Source: Escherichia phage vB_EcoM_3A1_SA_NWU. Taken from it: a DNA stretch of 64,000 bases. This document shows, in pieces, positions 18,548 through 25,312 of the stretch (positions within the stretch are counted from its first letter, which is position 1; the number at the start of each line of letters is the position of its first letter). The position numbers were made by a program, and so were the translations under genes. The notes under the pieces were generated by a model, which did not search any database, had not been told where the DNA came from, and saw only the letters and a list, made by a program, of their open reading frames with translations. The DNA lies in sequence record OR062524, one strand, 5' to 3'.

Positions 18548-18903
18548 TAGTATAATCCCTCGCTAAATAATTCATGGTCGTGACCATTACGCTCATGGTC
18601 GATCTGGTCAGCATTTTCCGCGATGATGTAAGCATCCGCACGACTCCACCAATTGTAATACTGATCGATAAAGCCTTGATTATCTGGTGTGCACAAAGTT
18701 TTGTTGATTACACCTGCTTCTTTCAACACGTTTAACTGTGCATATAGTACAGGATTTGCATGTCGAACACAAGGAATAATTAACTCTTCACCATTATTCA
18801 AAATATACTTATTTGCAGCACAGACGATAACACGTTGCGCATAATGACCCTCACCCATCCAGGTAAGAGGTTGGTAACAAATATTGTTTTCAATACCACT
18901 CAT
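18547..18903 (-). CDS. hypothetical protein, first gene of the RNA-repair operon
   Basis: 118 aa; stop overlaps phosphoesterase start (TAATG). Confidence 0.5.
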   Translation of the reverse strand: MSGIENNICYQPLTWMGEGHYAQRVIVCAANKYILNNGEELIIPCVRHANPVLYAQLNVLKEAGVINKTLCTPDNQGFIDQYYNWWSRADAYIIAENADQIDHERNGHDHELFSEGLY

Positions 18904-18909
18904 TGTTTC

Positions 18910-19053
18910 CTAATCCTCCTCTCTTAAGTTATCCTCGAAAAAACTAGTGTCTGGAAGTAAAAGATCATTACTTGTGTCGGGCCAATCCTCTTCTTCTCGG
19001 TAGATAAAGTAACCTTCGTCCTCTTCTTGTTCCGACCAAACCGAATGATGCAT
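18910..19053 (-). CDS. small highly acidic protein (47 aa, unannotated)
   Basis: Own translation MHHSVWSEQEEDEGYFIYREEEDWPDTSNDLLLPDTSFFEDNLREED; AAGGAG RBS. Confidence 0.35.
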   Translation of the reverse strand: MHHSVWSEQEEDEGYFIYREEEDWPDTSNDLLLPDTSFFEDNLREED

Positions 19054-19062
19054 GTTCTCTCC

Positions 19063-19407
19063 TTAGTAGTGCACACGAATCATTTTAATACCATAACGCA
19101 GCATGGATTCTTTTGCAAGCATGAATTTATCCCCAGCGGCGGGATTAGAAGTATGCACGAAAATGGTAGGTGAACCAAAGCAAGGTTTACCAAACGCCAG
19201 AAGTTCTTCCAGGTACAGGAAAACATCATACCCATCTTGGTCTGACTCCATACCTAAATCATTGTCAAAAGACCACTCGGTTACTCTTCGATACAGTTTA
19301 GCAGGATCGTTGAGAAAGGCCATAGCTTCTTGTGACGTTTTAAACCAAATTGCATCCTCCTGTCCATAGTCGGCTGGGTTCCGCATATCATCTATCCAAA
19401 CTTTCAT
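19063..19407 (-). CDS. hypothetical protein (114 aa)
   Basis: ORF track. Confidence 0.45.
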   Translation of the reverse strand: MKVWIDDMRNPADYGQEDAIWFKTSQEAMAFLNDPAKLYRRVTEWSFDNDLGMESDQDGYDVFLYLEELLAFGKPCFGSPTIFVHTSNPAAGDKFMLAKESMLRYGIKMIRVHY

Positions 19408-19417
19408 ATAACCTCCT

Positions 19418-19888
19418 TTAAGCTGGCATGATTAAAAAAGAACTTTCCACTTCAAAATGCCAATCATCAACAAGCCCTGGTTCCCAATCCTTCTCTTCAT
19501 GGAAAGAGCAAATCCAACGGTACATACCTGGCGGTGTATTCTCAACATCTTCTGGCAACCCATAATCCAAAGCTGTCTTACCGTTCTCTGTAAAACTAGG
19601 ATGGAGATTAGGAGCCTTCAGTACAGAAACCATACCTCCAACATCCACAGCTACGATCCACTCTGTCATGTATGGGCTGTCATATTGAGGCTCATCAGAA
19701 CCTACCTCAACAGCCTCTGTGCGTAAGATGATAATAGCCTGCTCTGTGATTGGGGCTTTGACAATATAACCGTGGTCCTCAAAAAGATCGATAACCTCGA
19801 ACTCATCGCCGTTTTCGACACCATAACTCTTATTCAAAGAGATAAACTTCGGGTTATCATCGTAAGCTTTAGTTACTTTAATTCTCAT
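19418..19888 (-). CDS. hypothetical protein (156 aa)
   Basis: ORF track. Confidence 0.5.
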   Translation of the reverse strand: MRIKVTKAYDDNPKFISLNKSYGVENGDEFEVIDLFEDHGYIVKAPITEQAIIILRTEAVEVGSDEPQYDSPYMTEWIVAVDVGGMVSVLKAPNLHPSFTENGKTALDYGLPEDVENTPPGMYRWICSFHEEKDWEPGLVDDWHFEVESSFLIMPA

Positions 19889-20109
19889 TTTTCCTCCTTC
19901 ACTTTAACCTCAAATTCTACAGGATTACCCTCAATGTAAAAACACTGATACTCTGCCTTATCATCATCATCACGAGGCCAAGTTACCAAGGAGTTATAGC
20001 AATCTTCTGGTGCTTTGAAGATGGTTTTAGTCTCCACAGTAACATTCCCATTAAGTGTTGCCAATACCACCCACCCAGCTACAGGGATCATAGTGCCTCC
20101 ACTTTCCAC
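19885..20109 (-). CDS. hypothetical protein (74 aa)
   Basis: ORF track; 4-nt overlap with neighbour. Confidence 0.45.
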   Translation of the reverse strand: MESGGTMIPVAGWVVLATLNGNVTVETKTIFKAPEDCYNSLVTWPRDDDDKAEYQCFYIEGNPVEFEVKVKEEK

Positions 20110-20270
20110 GTTTTACCATTATCAACCAAGGTTTTTGCTACAGCATACTCCTTCCCATTAATAATGAAATAATAAACTATAAAAGATTTTCCGATTGTTA
20201 CTGTCTTAGTAACCTCTACACGTTTAACACCTTGCATGTATTTCGCCTTACCGGAATAAAGTAAAATCAT
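20088..20270 (-). CDS. hypothetical protein (60 aa)
   Basis: ORF track. Confidence 0.4.
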   Translation of the reverse strand: MILLYSGKAKYMQGVKRVEVTKTVTIGKSFIVYYFIINGKEYAVAKTLVDNGKTWKVEAL

Positions 20271-20548
20271 TTTGCATTCCTCTTATTGTTGATAACATCC
20301 ATAGTAGTATATGGTTTATTAGTGCCATGATATTCCAGAATCATTGGAGAGCCTTCTTGCACTACTTCAAAAATACCATAAACAGAACTTTCAGCAAATA
20401 CCATTTGCTTCGTGCCTTCATCGTTTACAACGAGAGAAAACTTCTTGCCTGTCCCGTTGAGGATCTCGTATTTCTTGCCAGCAGTGAATAATCCAGAGTA
20501 CCACTCGTTATCTGTTGCTTTTACACACTTCAGGAAAGTCTTGATCAT
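20267..20548 (-). CDS. hypothetical protein (93 aa)
   Basis: ORF track. Confidence 0.45.
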   Translation of the reverse strand: MIKTFLKCVKATDNEWYSGLFTAGKKYEILNGTGKKFSLVVNDEGTKQMVFAESSVYGIFEVVQEGSPMILEYHGTNKPYTTMDVINNKRNAK

Positions 20549-20898
20549 TTCTTTTTGCTCCTCTTTTTAGATTTCTCATACAAACCTAACACAGCCGCTT
20601 CTTTTGCACAAGTAGGAACCGAAGTCATTCCCCTTCTTTTTGCTTCTGGTAGTTGCAAAGTCCATATTCCCCACCAATAAATTTGGTCTGCCGTGAGTGG
20701 TTCAGCCATTGGATCTGCCTCCTGCTCCTCAAGACGTTGCAACGCTTCTTCAATCTTCTCGATTGGTGTGTCAAAGACGAATGCCTCCGTATCAAATTTA
20801 TCTTTCTTAGGAACTGATTTGGCTACTTTGAGAACCTCGTTTTTCGGTTTCTTAGTAACGTTCTTTGGCTTTGATAACTTCTTCGGTGTTTTCGCCAC
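20545..20898 (-). CDS. lysine-rich putative DNA-binding protein (117 aa)
   Basis: K-rich N- and C-termini. Confidence 0.45.
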   Translation of the reverse strand: MAKTPKKLSKPKNVTKKPKNEVLKVAKSVPKKDKFDTEAFVFDTPIEKIEEALQRLEEQEADPMAEPLTADQIYWWGIWTLQLPEAKRRGMTSVPTCAKEAAVLGLYEKSKKRSKKK

Positions 20899-21091
20899 TT
20901 ACTACCTCCATACGATCTAAAAAGTCATTCACAAATCTCCAGTAACGTTGACCTGTTCTAAGATCTTCATAGATAACCACAGGATCAAACACTTTAGATA
21001 TTCCGGCAGGTTTTGGAAATTCCACTACCGTATATAAACCACCTTTTGCTACACAAGAATAGGTTACGCCTGTAATTGGATAGTTGCTCAT
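20852..21091 (-). CDS. hypothetical protein (79 aa)
   Basis: ORF track. Confidence 0.4.
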   Translation of the reverse strand: MSNYPITGVTYSCVAKGGLYTVVEFPKPAGISKVFDPVVIYEDLRTGQRYWRFVNDFLDRMEVVSGENTEEVIKAKERY

Positions 21092-21282
21092 TTCTTTACG
21101 TACTCCATGATTGGGGTATGGTCGCCAGTAAGCGTAACACGGCTGTAGGACACATCTTGTGTCTTCAGTGTATCAATCCACTCTAAGAAGTGTTCTTTCG
21201 CTTCTGTGTAGTTCTGTGTGCCTTTAACAACGTGTATACCATCTAGAGTTACACGGAATACCATTTGAATAACGTCTTTCAT
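21088..21282 (-). CDS. hypothetical protein (64 aa)
   Basis: ORF track. Confidence 0.4.
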   Translation of the reverse strand: MKDVIQMVFRVTLDGIHVVKGTQNYTEAKEHFLEWIDTLKTQDVSYSRVTLTGDHTPIMEYVKK

Positions 21283-21395
21283 TTCTTACCTCCTTTGTTG
21301 TCAAAATAACTTACCAGAACATCGTGAACCACACACATGGCAAAAATCAGAACAATTGTTGTCAGGACTGGATTCTCACTAATTAGTGCTATCAT
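21279..21395 (-). CDS. tiny membrane protein (38 aa from internal ATG; track gives 21279..21476)
   Basis: GGAGGTGG RBS before internal ATG; hydrophobic core LTTIVLIFAMCVV. Confidence 0.35.
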   Translation of the reverse strand: MIALISENPVLTTIVLIFAMCVVHDVLVSYFDNKGGKK

Positions 21396-21702
21396 CTTTA
21401 ACCACCTCCAATTGCCTTTCGAGTTTGACTTTGTTTGAGAACTGATAATGACACAACTTACATTGCATGTCAACAATCTGATCGTGATTTAACCCTACAA
21501 TTTTAACTTCCTTTGCACCATCCCATTCCAAATACTCAAAGCCATCCAAATGAGTACTCTTGTCCAACAAAAATGCTATCTGCTGCCATTCGATCTGAAT
21601 GTCATTTAAATGATATGCTGCACAGAAGATATCCTCGTAGTAAAAGACGATCATTGTCATTGCTTCGTCCAGCACAACTACCTCTTGTCTTGTAAATCTC
21701 AT
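21379..21702 (-). CDS. hypothetical protein (107 aa), first gene of the leftward unit
   Basis: ORF track. Confidence 0.5.
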   Translation of the reverse strand: MRFTRQEVVVLDEAMTMIVFYYEDIFCAAYHLNDIQIEWQQIAFLLDKSTHLDGFEYLEWDGAKEVKIVGLNHDQIVDMQCKLCHYQFSNKVKLERQLEVVKDDSTN

Positions 21703-21956
21703 TCTAGCCTCCTAAACGCGTCTCTGACGCACTTTTTATATATAAGATGATAAATCACCTTACCTAGTAAGTGAACTTGCTCTACGAGCCTCTTATGAAG
21801 CTTATGTTATAGGCTATACTATTGCTACCTGTTTAAGCAAGGTTTTTGCACACAGAAAATAATTTTAATAAAACTTTTGACTTTTGTGTTCGAAGTATGC
21901 TACCCTAGAAATCTATTAACGAGCGCAGCGAGTTAAGGTTTTAGGTTGTTGATGTA

Positions 21957-21988
21957 GTACTCTGTACTCAAGTACTGTACTCCGTACT
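21957..21988. repeat. five GTACT repeats within 32 bp
   Basis: gtactctgtactcaagtactgtactccgtact. Confidence 0.8.
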
Positions 21989-21994
21989 AGATTA

Positions 21995-22028
21995 ATAATT
22001 ATTAAATATTAATAATAAATAATTATTA
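21995..22028. repeat. AT-rich block with two copies of the 10-bp palindrome AATAATTATT
   Basis: aataattattaaatattaataataaataattatt. Confidence 0.8.
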
Positions 22029-22122
22029 GATCTAACAAACAGGTACAGTGTATCAGAACTGGTACGTACAGATCAACTTCTATCAATTAAAAATAAAATA
22101 ATAAATTATTATAAATAATACT

Positions 22123-22136
22123 TGATCTATAGATCA
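22123..22136. repeat. perfect 14-bp palindrome TGATCTATAGATCA
   Basis: Directly visible, 45 bp upstream of the first rightward gene. Confidence 0.85.
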
Positions 22137-22182
22137 GTATGAAGTACAGTACGGAACATCTTAACAAGAATGGAGGTGTGCA

Positions 22183-22368
22183 ATGATTAGCGAGAATCCG
22201 TGCAAATGGCATCATGTACCTATTAAAGATTGTATGTCTTGTAATCCACGTTCTATTTATAACATTGCATCTTATGACGATGACAATGTGTTAGACGATG
22301 ATGAAGGCTGGGAGGATTTAGATTGGACTGGTTATGAAACCAAAAAGGATAAAATTATTCCTAGTTGA
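22183..22368 (+). CDS. hypothetical protein (61 aa)
   Basis: GGAGGTG RBS. Confidence 0.5.
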   Translation: MISENPCKWHHVPIKDCMSCNPRSIYNIASYDDDNVLDDDEGWEDLDWTGYETKKDKIIPS

Positions 22369-22405
22369 CTTAAGATATCCTTCGTGCTAAACTAGAAGTG
22401 AGGAG

Positions 22406-22657
22406 ATGCCGATCACTCCCCATTTGGGGTTCGAAGGATATATGCAAAATAGTTTTTATTTTAGGTGCCGTGCTTGTAATAGGCATTTGACAAACCACTC
22501 CAGACGTGATAAAAATGGAGTCATCAAGGAATCAGACCTCTGTTCTATTTGCACAGGTTTGGCTTTTGATGATAGTCCCGAAAGGGTTTATCAGCATCAA
22601 TGTATAACAGACGTTCTCGTGTCAAACTTGGTAGAGGACGAACAACTAACAGATTAG
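22406..22657 (+). CDS. small zinc-finger protein (83 aa)
   Basis: GAGGAG RBS; CRACNRH...CSICTG. Confidence 0.5.
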   Translation: MPITPHLGFEGYMQNSFYFRCRACNRHLTNHSRRDKNGVIKESDLCSICTGLAFDDSPERVYQHQCITDVLVSNLVEDEQLTD

Positions 22658-22665
22658 GAGGAACA

Positions 22666-22914
22666 ATGTCTCTATTAGAAAAACACGTGTTTGAAGATGG
22701 TAACGGCAATGCAGTTTTTCTTTTCCATCCAGAAAAATACACATCTGAAAACAATGGTACAACTTCTATTGTAATCACTAAAGATGTTAAAGTTATTGAT
22801 TTCTTGGCTCTGATGCGAGGGATGGATCTTGAAATTAACACTTTTAACGCAGAAGCTTTGGTTGTTGCTCTTCTGGAAAAGAAAGATAGTGAAGAAGTAG
22901 CAGAATATGCTTAA
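22666..22914 (+). CDS. hypothetical protein (82 aa from ATG with AGGAGG RBS; track gives 22600..22914)
   Basis: Internal start MSLLEKHVFEDGNGN preceded by ttAGGAGGaacaATG. Confidence 0.45.
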   Translation: MSLLEKHVFEDGNGNAVFLFHPEKYTSENNGTTSIVITKDVKVIDFLALMRGMDLEINTFNAEALVVALLEKKDSEEVAEYA

Positions 22915-22921
22915 ATAACTA

Positions 22922-22951
22922 TTGACAAACGTATCCTTCATATGTTAGGAT
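22922..22951 (+). promoter_or_regulatory. possible sigma70-like promoter TTGACA-N18-TAGGAT ahead of tRNA cluster
   Basis: attgacaaacgtatccttcatatgttaggat; weak -10. Confidence 0.3.
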
Positions 22952-22964
22952 ACGTTCATCAAGT

Positions 22965-23154
22965 GTGGTAACAGGGTCGTTGACTTTTGTTAAGAGGGGC
23001 TTGCACTGCGGTAGTGTTAGAGACTACTTCTTCAGAGGTTAGCTACCAAAGAGGAAAAGGAATAGTCTCGGCTCAAGAACTTTTACGCTGAAAGTTGGGC
23101 TTGGTCTTAGAGAATGTAGCGGTTCTCTACAATCGTCAGCGTCTCTGTTACCAC
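22965..23154 (+). ncRNA. candidate structured RNA or processing leader immediately 5' of first tRNA
   Basis: 10-nt terminal pairing gtggtaacag (22965..22974) with ctgttaccac (23145..23154) encloses about 170 nt with internal hairpins; no ORF. Confidence 0.3.
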
Positions 23155-23160
23155 ATTTAT

Positions 23161-23235
23161 GGCCCTGTAGCTCAATGGGAGAGCTGTCGGCTCATAACCG
23201 ATAGGTAGCTGGATCGAAACCAGCCAGGGCCACCA
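23161..23235 (+). tRNA. tRNA-Met (anticodon CAU), CCA encoded
   Basis: Manual fold: acceptor GGCCCTG/CAGGGCC, anticodon loop CTCATAA, T-arm GCTGG-ATCGAAA-CCAGC. Confidence 0.8.
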
Positions 23236-23237
23236 AA

Positions 23238-23312
23238 GTCTTTATGGTGTAATGGATAGCACAGGAGTCTTCTAAACTCTTAGTCAAGGTTCGATTCCTT
23301 GTAAAGACACCA
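23238..23312 (+). tRNA. tRNA-Arg (anticodon UCU), CCA encoded
   Basis: Manual fold: acceptor GTCTTTA/TAAAGAC, anticodon loop CTTCTAA, T-loop TTCGATT. Confidence 0.75.
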
Positions 23313-23508
23313 GAACATTTTAACATGAATTAGCTCAAGTGATTTGAACCCACTACTGATCATGGTGGCAGAGAATGAGGCAAGTATGTCAGACATTATA
23401 AACAAAGGCCACGGTTATATTAGAAGACATAAATGCTCGAAGAGCACCGTTCGTGGAGAACGGGGGTTGGTGGAGTCACCATTCATGGTAAAATGTTTTA
23501 AAAAACTA

Positions 23509-23538
23509 TTGACAACAAACATTATTTTATGTTAGATT
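23509..23538 (+). promoter_or_regulatory. possible internal promoter TTGACA-N18-TAGATT before tRNA-Ser
   Basis: ttgacaacaaacattattttatgttagatt, about 10 nt before tRNA start. Confidence 0.35.
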
Positions 23539-23546
23539 ATAAGTAT

Positions 23547-23637
23547 GGAAGGGCAAATCGATGTGGCGACGAAAACGGTCTTGAAAACCGCCGAGCTTGA
23601 AAGAGCCTTGGGAGTTCGACTCTCCCTCCTTCCGCCA
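23547..23637 (+). tRNA. tRNA-Ser (anticodon UGA), long variable arm, CCA encoded
   Basis: Manual fold: acceptor GGAAGGG/TCCTTCC, anticodon loop CTTGAAA, T-arm GGGAG-TTCGACT-CTCCC. Confidence 0.75.
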
Positions 23638-23642
23638 GATTA

Positions 23643-23728
23643 GGTAGATTGGTGAAATGGTAGCCACGACAGTTTGCTAAACTGTAGTCGGAAACGGCGT
23701 GTAGGTTCGAGTCCTACATCTACCGCCA
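23643..23728 (+). tRNA. tRNA-Ser (anticodon GCU), long variable arm, CCA encoded
   Basis: Manual fold: acceptor GGTAGAT/ATCTACC, anticodon loop TTGCTAA, variable-arm hairpin with GAAA loop. Confidence 0.75.
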
Positions 23729-23858
23729 AGTTCTTTTTAATGTAGCTTACTTTAGCAGAGTAAATCTTCGGCAAGTGGCGGTAACCACTTTACCGATACC
23801 TCATAGTTAGTGGTGTGAACACTGGCTATTTTAAAAAGAATTTAAATATTAGTATTTA

Positions 23859-23946
23859 GGTGAGTTAATTCCGTAGGGGTAGCGGGGCAGACTGTAAATC
23901 TGTTATCATTGCGATTCGGGTGGTTCGACTCCATCACTCACCACCA
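23859..23946 (+). tRNA. tRNA-Tyr (anticodon GUA), class II, atypical 5-nt connector before D-stem
   Basis: Acceptor GGTGAGT/ACTCACC 7/7, anticodon loop CTGTAAA, T-loop TTCGACT, CCA encoded. Confidence 0.6.
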
Positions 23947-23952
23947 AATTAA

Positions 23953-24038
23953 GATGAGTTGGCTGAATGGTTTAAGCGGCGGACTGTTAATCCGTGTTCG
24001 AAAGAACAATATAGGTTCGAATCCTATACTCATCGCCA
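23953..24038 (+). tRNA. class II tRNA (long variable arm) with anticodon GUU (nominally Asn); identity uncertain
   Basis: Acceptor GATGAGT/ACTCATC, 3-bp D-stem, anticodon loop CTGTTAA, variable hairpin GTTC-GAAA-GAAC, T-arm ATAGG-TTCGAAT-CCTAT, CCA encoded. Confidence 0.55.
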
Positions 24039-24045
24039 GAATTAT

Positions 24046-24122
24046 GGACTTGTAGAGTTAAGGTAAACCCCCAGTCGCCAATAGGCTTCTGGAATTGCAG
24101 GTATCGAATCCTGCCGAGTCCC
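24046..24122 (+). ncRNA. tRNA-like element with intact acceptor pairing but no canonical anticodon arm
   Basis: GGACTTG...CGAGTCC acceptor pairing and T-arm-like GCAGG-tatcgaat-CCTGC (8-nt loop); no 5-bp/7-nt anticodon hairpin found by hand. Confidence 0.3.
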
Positions 24123-24128
24123 AGCATT

Positions 24129-24203
24129 GCTCCTATAGTATAATGGCTATTACAACGGTTTTGTAATCCGTGGATCTCTGTTCGATTCAGTGTGGGAGCA
24201 CCA
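24129..24203 (+). tRNA. tRNA-Thr (anticodon UGU), CCA encoded
   Basis: Acceptor GCTCCTA/TGGGAGC, anticodon loop TTTGTAA, T-loop TTCGATT. Confidence 0.65.
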
Positions 24204-24519
24204 ACACAACATTAAGAGCACTGTGATTGATCGTCGTATCCTGTGCACAAGGTCTGCTCGAAAGACAGTGTTCTTAGTATTGTGTTGATCACAAAAAGAG
24301 TCACCCGAAACTTGACCGGAGTAGGGTTGGATGGGGCAAAATGAGAAGCGGCTCTCCCATCGACAGCAACGAAGAATAATATTTGACTTTGGTTTTGTAT
24401 TATTTTAAGTTAGCTTACCGAACGTAGGGCTAGTCACCCAACGGGATACTCGTCACTGTCCCAATCAATAAAAGTCTTGACAACAAATAGTAAAATGTAG
24501 TATAGTAAATATATATGGC
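24204..24519 (+). ncRNA. 315-nt non-coding spacer with long-range pairing; candidate stable RNA
   Basis: aagagcactgtg ... acagtgttctt pairing, repeated agtcaccc(g/a)aac motif; no ORF or tRNA fold. Confidence 0.25.
24477..24506 (+). promoter_or_regulatory. sigma70-like promoter TTGACA-N18-TATAGT before tRNA-Gly
   Basis: cttgacaacaaatagtaaaatgtagtatagt. Confidence 0.4.
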
Positions 24520-24593
24520 GTTCTTGGTGTAGCGGTAGCATTCCGTCCTTCCAAGTCGGCGGCACGAGTTCGATCCTCGTAGAACGCTCCAAA
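24520..24593 (+). tRNA. tRNA-Gly (anticodon UCC), CCA encoded
   Basis: Acceptor GCGTTCT/AGAACGC, anticodon loop CTTCCAA, T-arm ACGAG-TTCGATC-CTCGT, discriminator U. Confidence 0.75.
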
Positions 24594-24689
24594 TTATTTA
24601 ATAAAGGGTTGCCAGAAAACTTTCTCTTTTACTCATGGTTTTCTCCTTCTCTCACACTTCTTCTGGTTGCCCTTCATTAAATGATTTAT

Positions 24690-24765
24690 TGGTTTGTAGT
24701 GTAGTCCGGTAGCACACGACACTTTGACTGTCGTAGGTTTGGTTCAAATCCAGACAGACCAGCCA
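24690..24765 (+). tRNA. tRNA-Gln (anticodon UUG), U1-A72, CCA encoded
   Basis: Acceptor TGGTTTG/CAGACCA, anticodon stem CGACA/TGTCG with loop CTTTGAC. Confidence 0.75.
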
Positions 24766-24858
24766 TATAACAAAGGTGAGTCACTACCTTAAGTGTGAAG
24801 TTAAAAACGAGGAGCCGCCGAACACTTTCTTTTGCGGTGTACCTTTAGAATGTTATCA

Positions 24859-24935
24859 CGGGACGTAGCACAGCTTGGTAGTGCGCTCGCTTTGGGAGCG
24901 AGAGGTCGAGTGTTCGAATCACTCCGTCCCGACCA
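24859..24935 (+). tRNA. tRNA-Pro (anticodon UGG), CCA encoded
   Basis: Acceptor CGGGACG/CGTCCCG, anticodon stem CTCGC/GCGAG loop TTTGGGA. Confidence 0.8.
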
Positions 24936-24941
24936 ATTAAA

Positions 24942-25015
24942 TGTTTCGTAGTTCAATGGTAGAACCCACGACTGATAATCGTGAGACACAAGTTCGATTC
25001 TTGTCGAAACAACCA
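24942..25015 (+). tRNA. tRNA-Ile (anticodon GAU), CCA encoded
   Basis: Acceptor TGTTTCG/CGAAACA, anticodon stem CACGA/TCGTG loop CTGATAA. Confidence 0.75.
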
Positions 25016-25017
25016 GT

Positions 25018-25077
25018 TTCCCGTTAGACTTACAGGATAAGAGTTCCACAGCTTATTGTGATGCTGGTTCGAATCCA
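25018..25077 (+). ncRNA. tRNA-like element (good acceptor and T-arm, degenerate anticodon arm)
   Basis: TTCCCGT...ACGGGAT pairing, T-arm GCTGG-TTCGAAT-CCAGC, no canonical anticodon hairpin. Confidence 0.3.
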
Positions 25078-25094
25078 GCACGGGATACATAATA

Positions 25095-25173
25095 GCGGGA
25101 TAGAGGAGTCTGGTCGTCCTCGCCAGTTTCATATGCTGGAGATCATCGGTTCAAATCCGATTCCCGCCTCCAA
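25095..25173 (+). tRNA. tRNA with CAU anticodon (second Met-type or lysidine-Ile), A1/C72 mismatch, CCA encoded
   Basis: Acceptor AGCGGGA/TCCCGCC, anticodon stem CCAGT/GCTGG loop TTCATAT. Confidence 0.65.
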
Positions 25174-25287
25174 ATATCGCTTGCCAGCGGTATCTTTGAA
25201 GACCTTGCCTGGTTCCTTCTAAGATGGAGGGGTGCGACTCCTTAACGCACAATTATAATAAAGCATTTCAACTTAACAGTATTTACT

Positions 25288-25312
25288 AGCCTCCTTATTG
25301 GAGGCTTTTTGC
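25288..25312 (+). terminator. intrinsic terminator closing the tRNA cluster
   Basis: agcctccttattggaggcttttt. Confidence 0.7.

Noticed and set aside
21957-22136. Possible CRISPR array or mobile-element terminal repeats
   Set aside because: Repeats are 5-14 bp with irregular spacing and no repeat-spacer periodicity; no transposase or integrase nearby.
23344-23535. Plus-strand ORF (63 aa) inside the tRNA cluster
   Set aside because: Lies in a spacer between tRNAs, overlaps a promoter-like element, no RBS; more likely non-coding.
23729-23858. Additional tRNA in the spacer between tRNA-Ser(GCU) and tRNA-Tyr
   Set aside because: No T-loop-like GTTCRA motif and no acceptor pairing found by hand.
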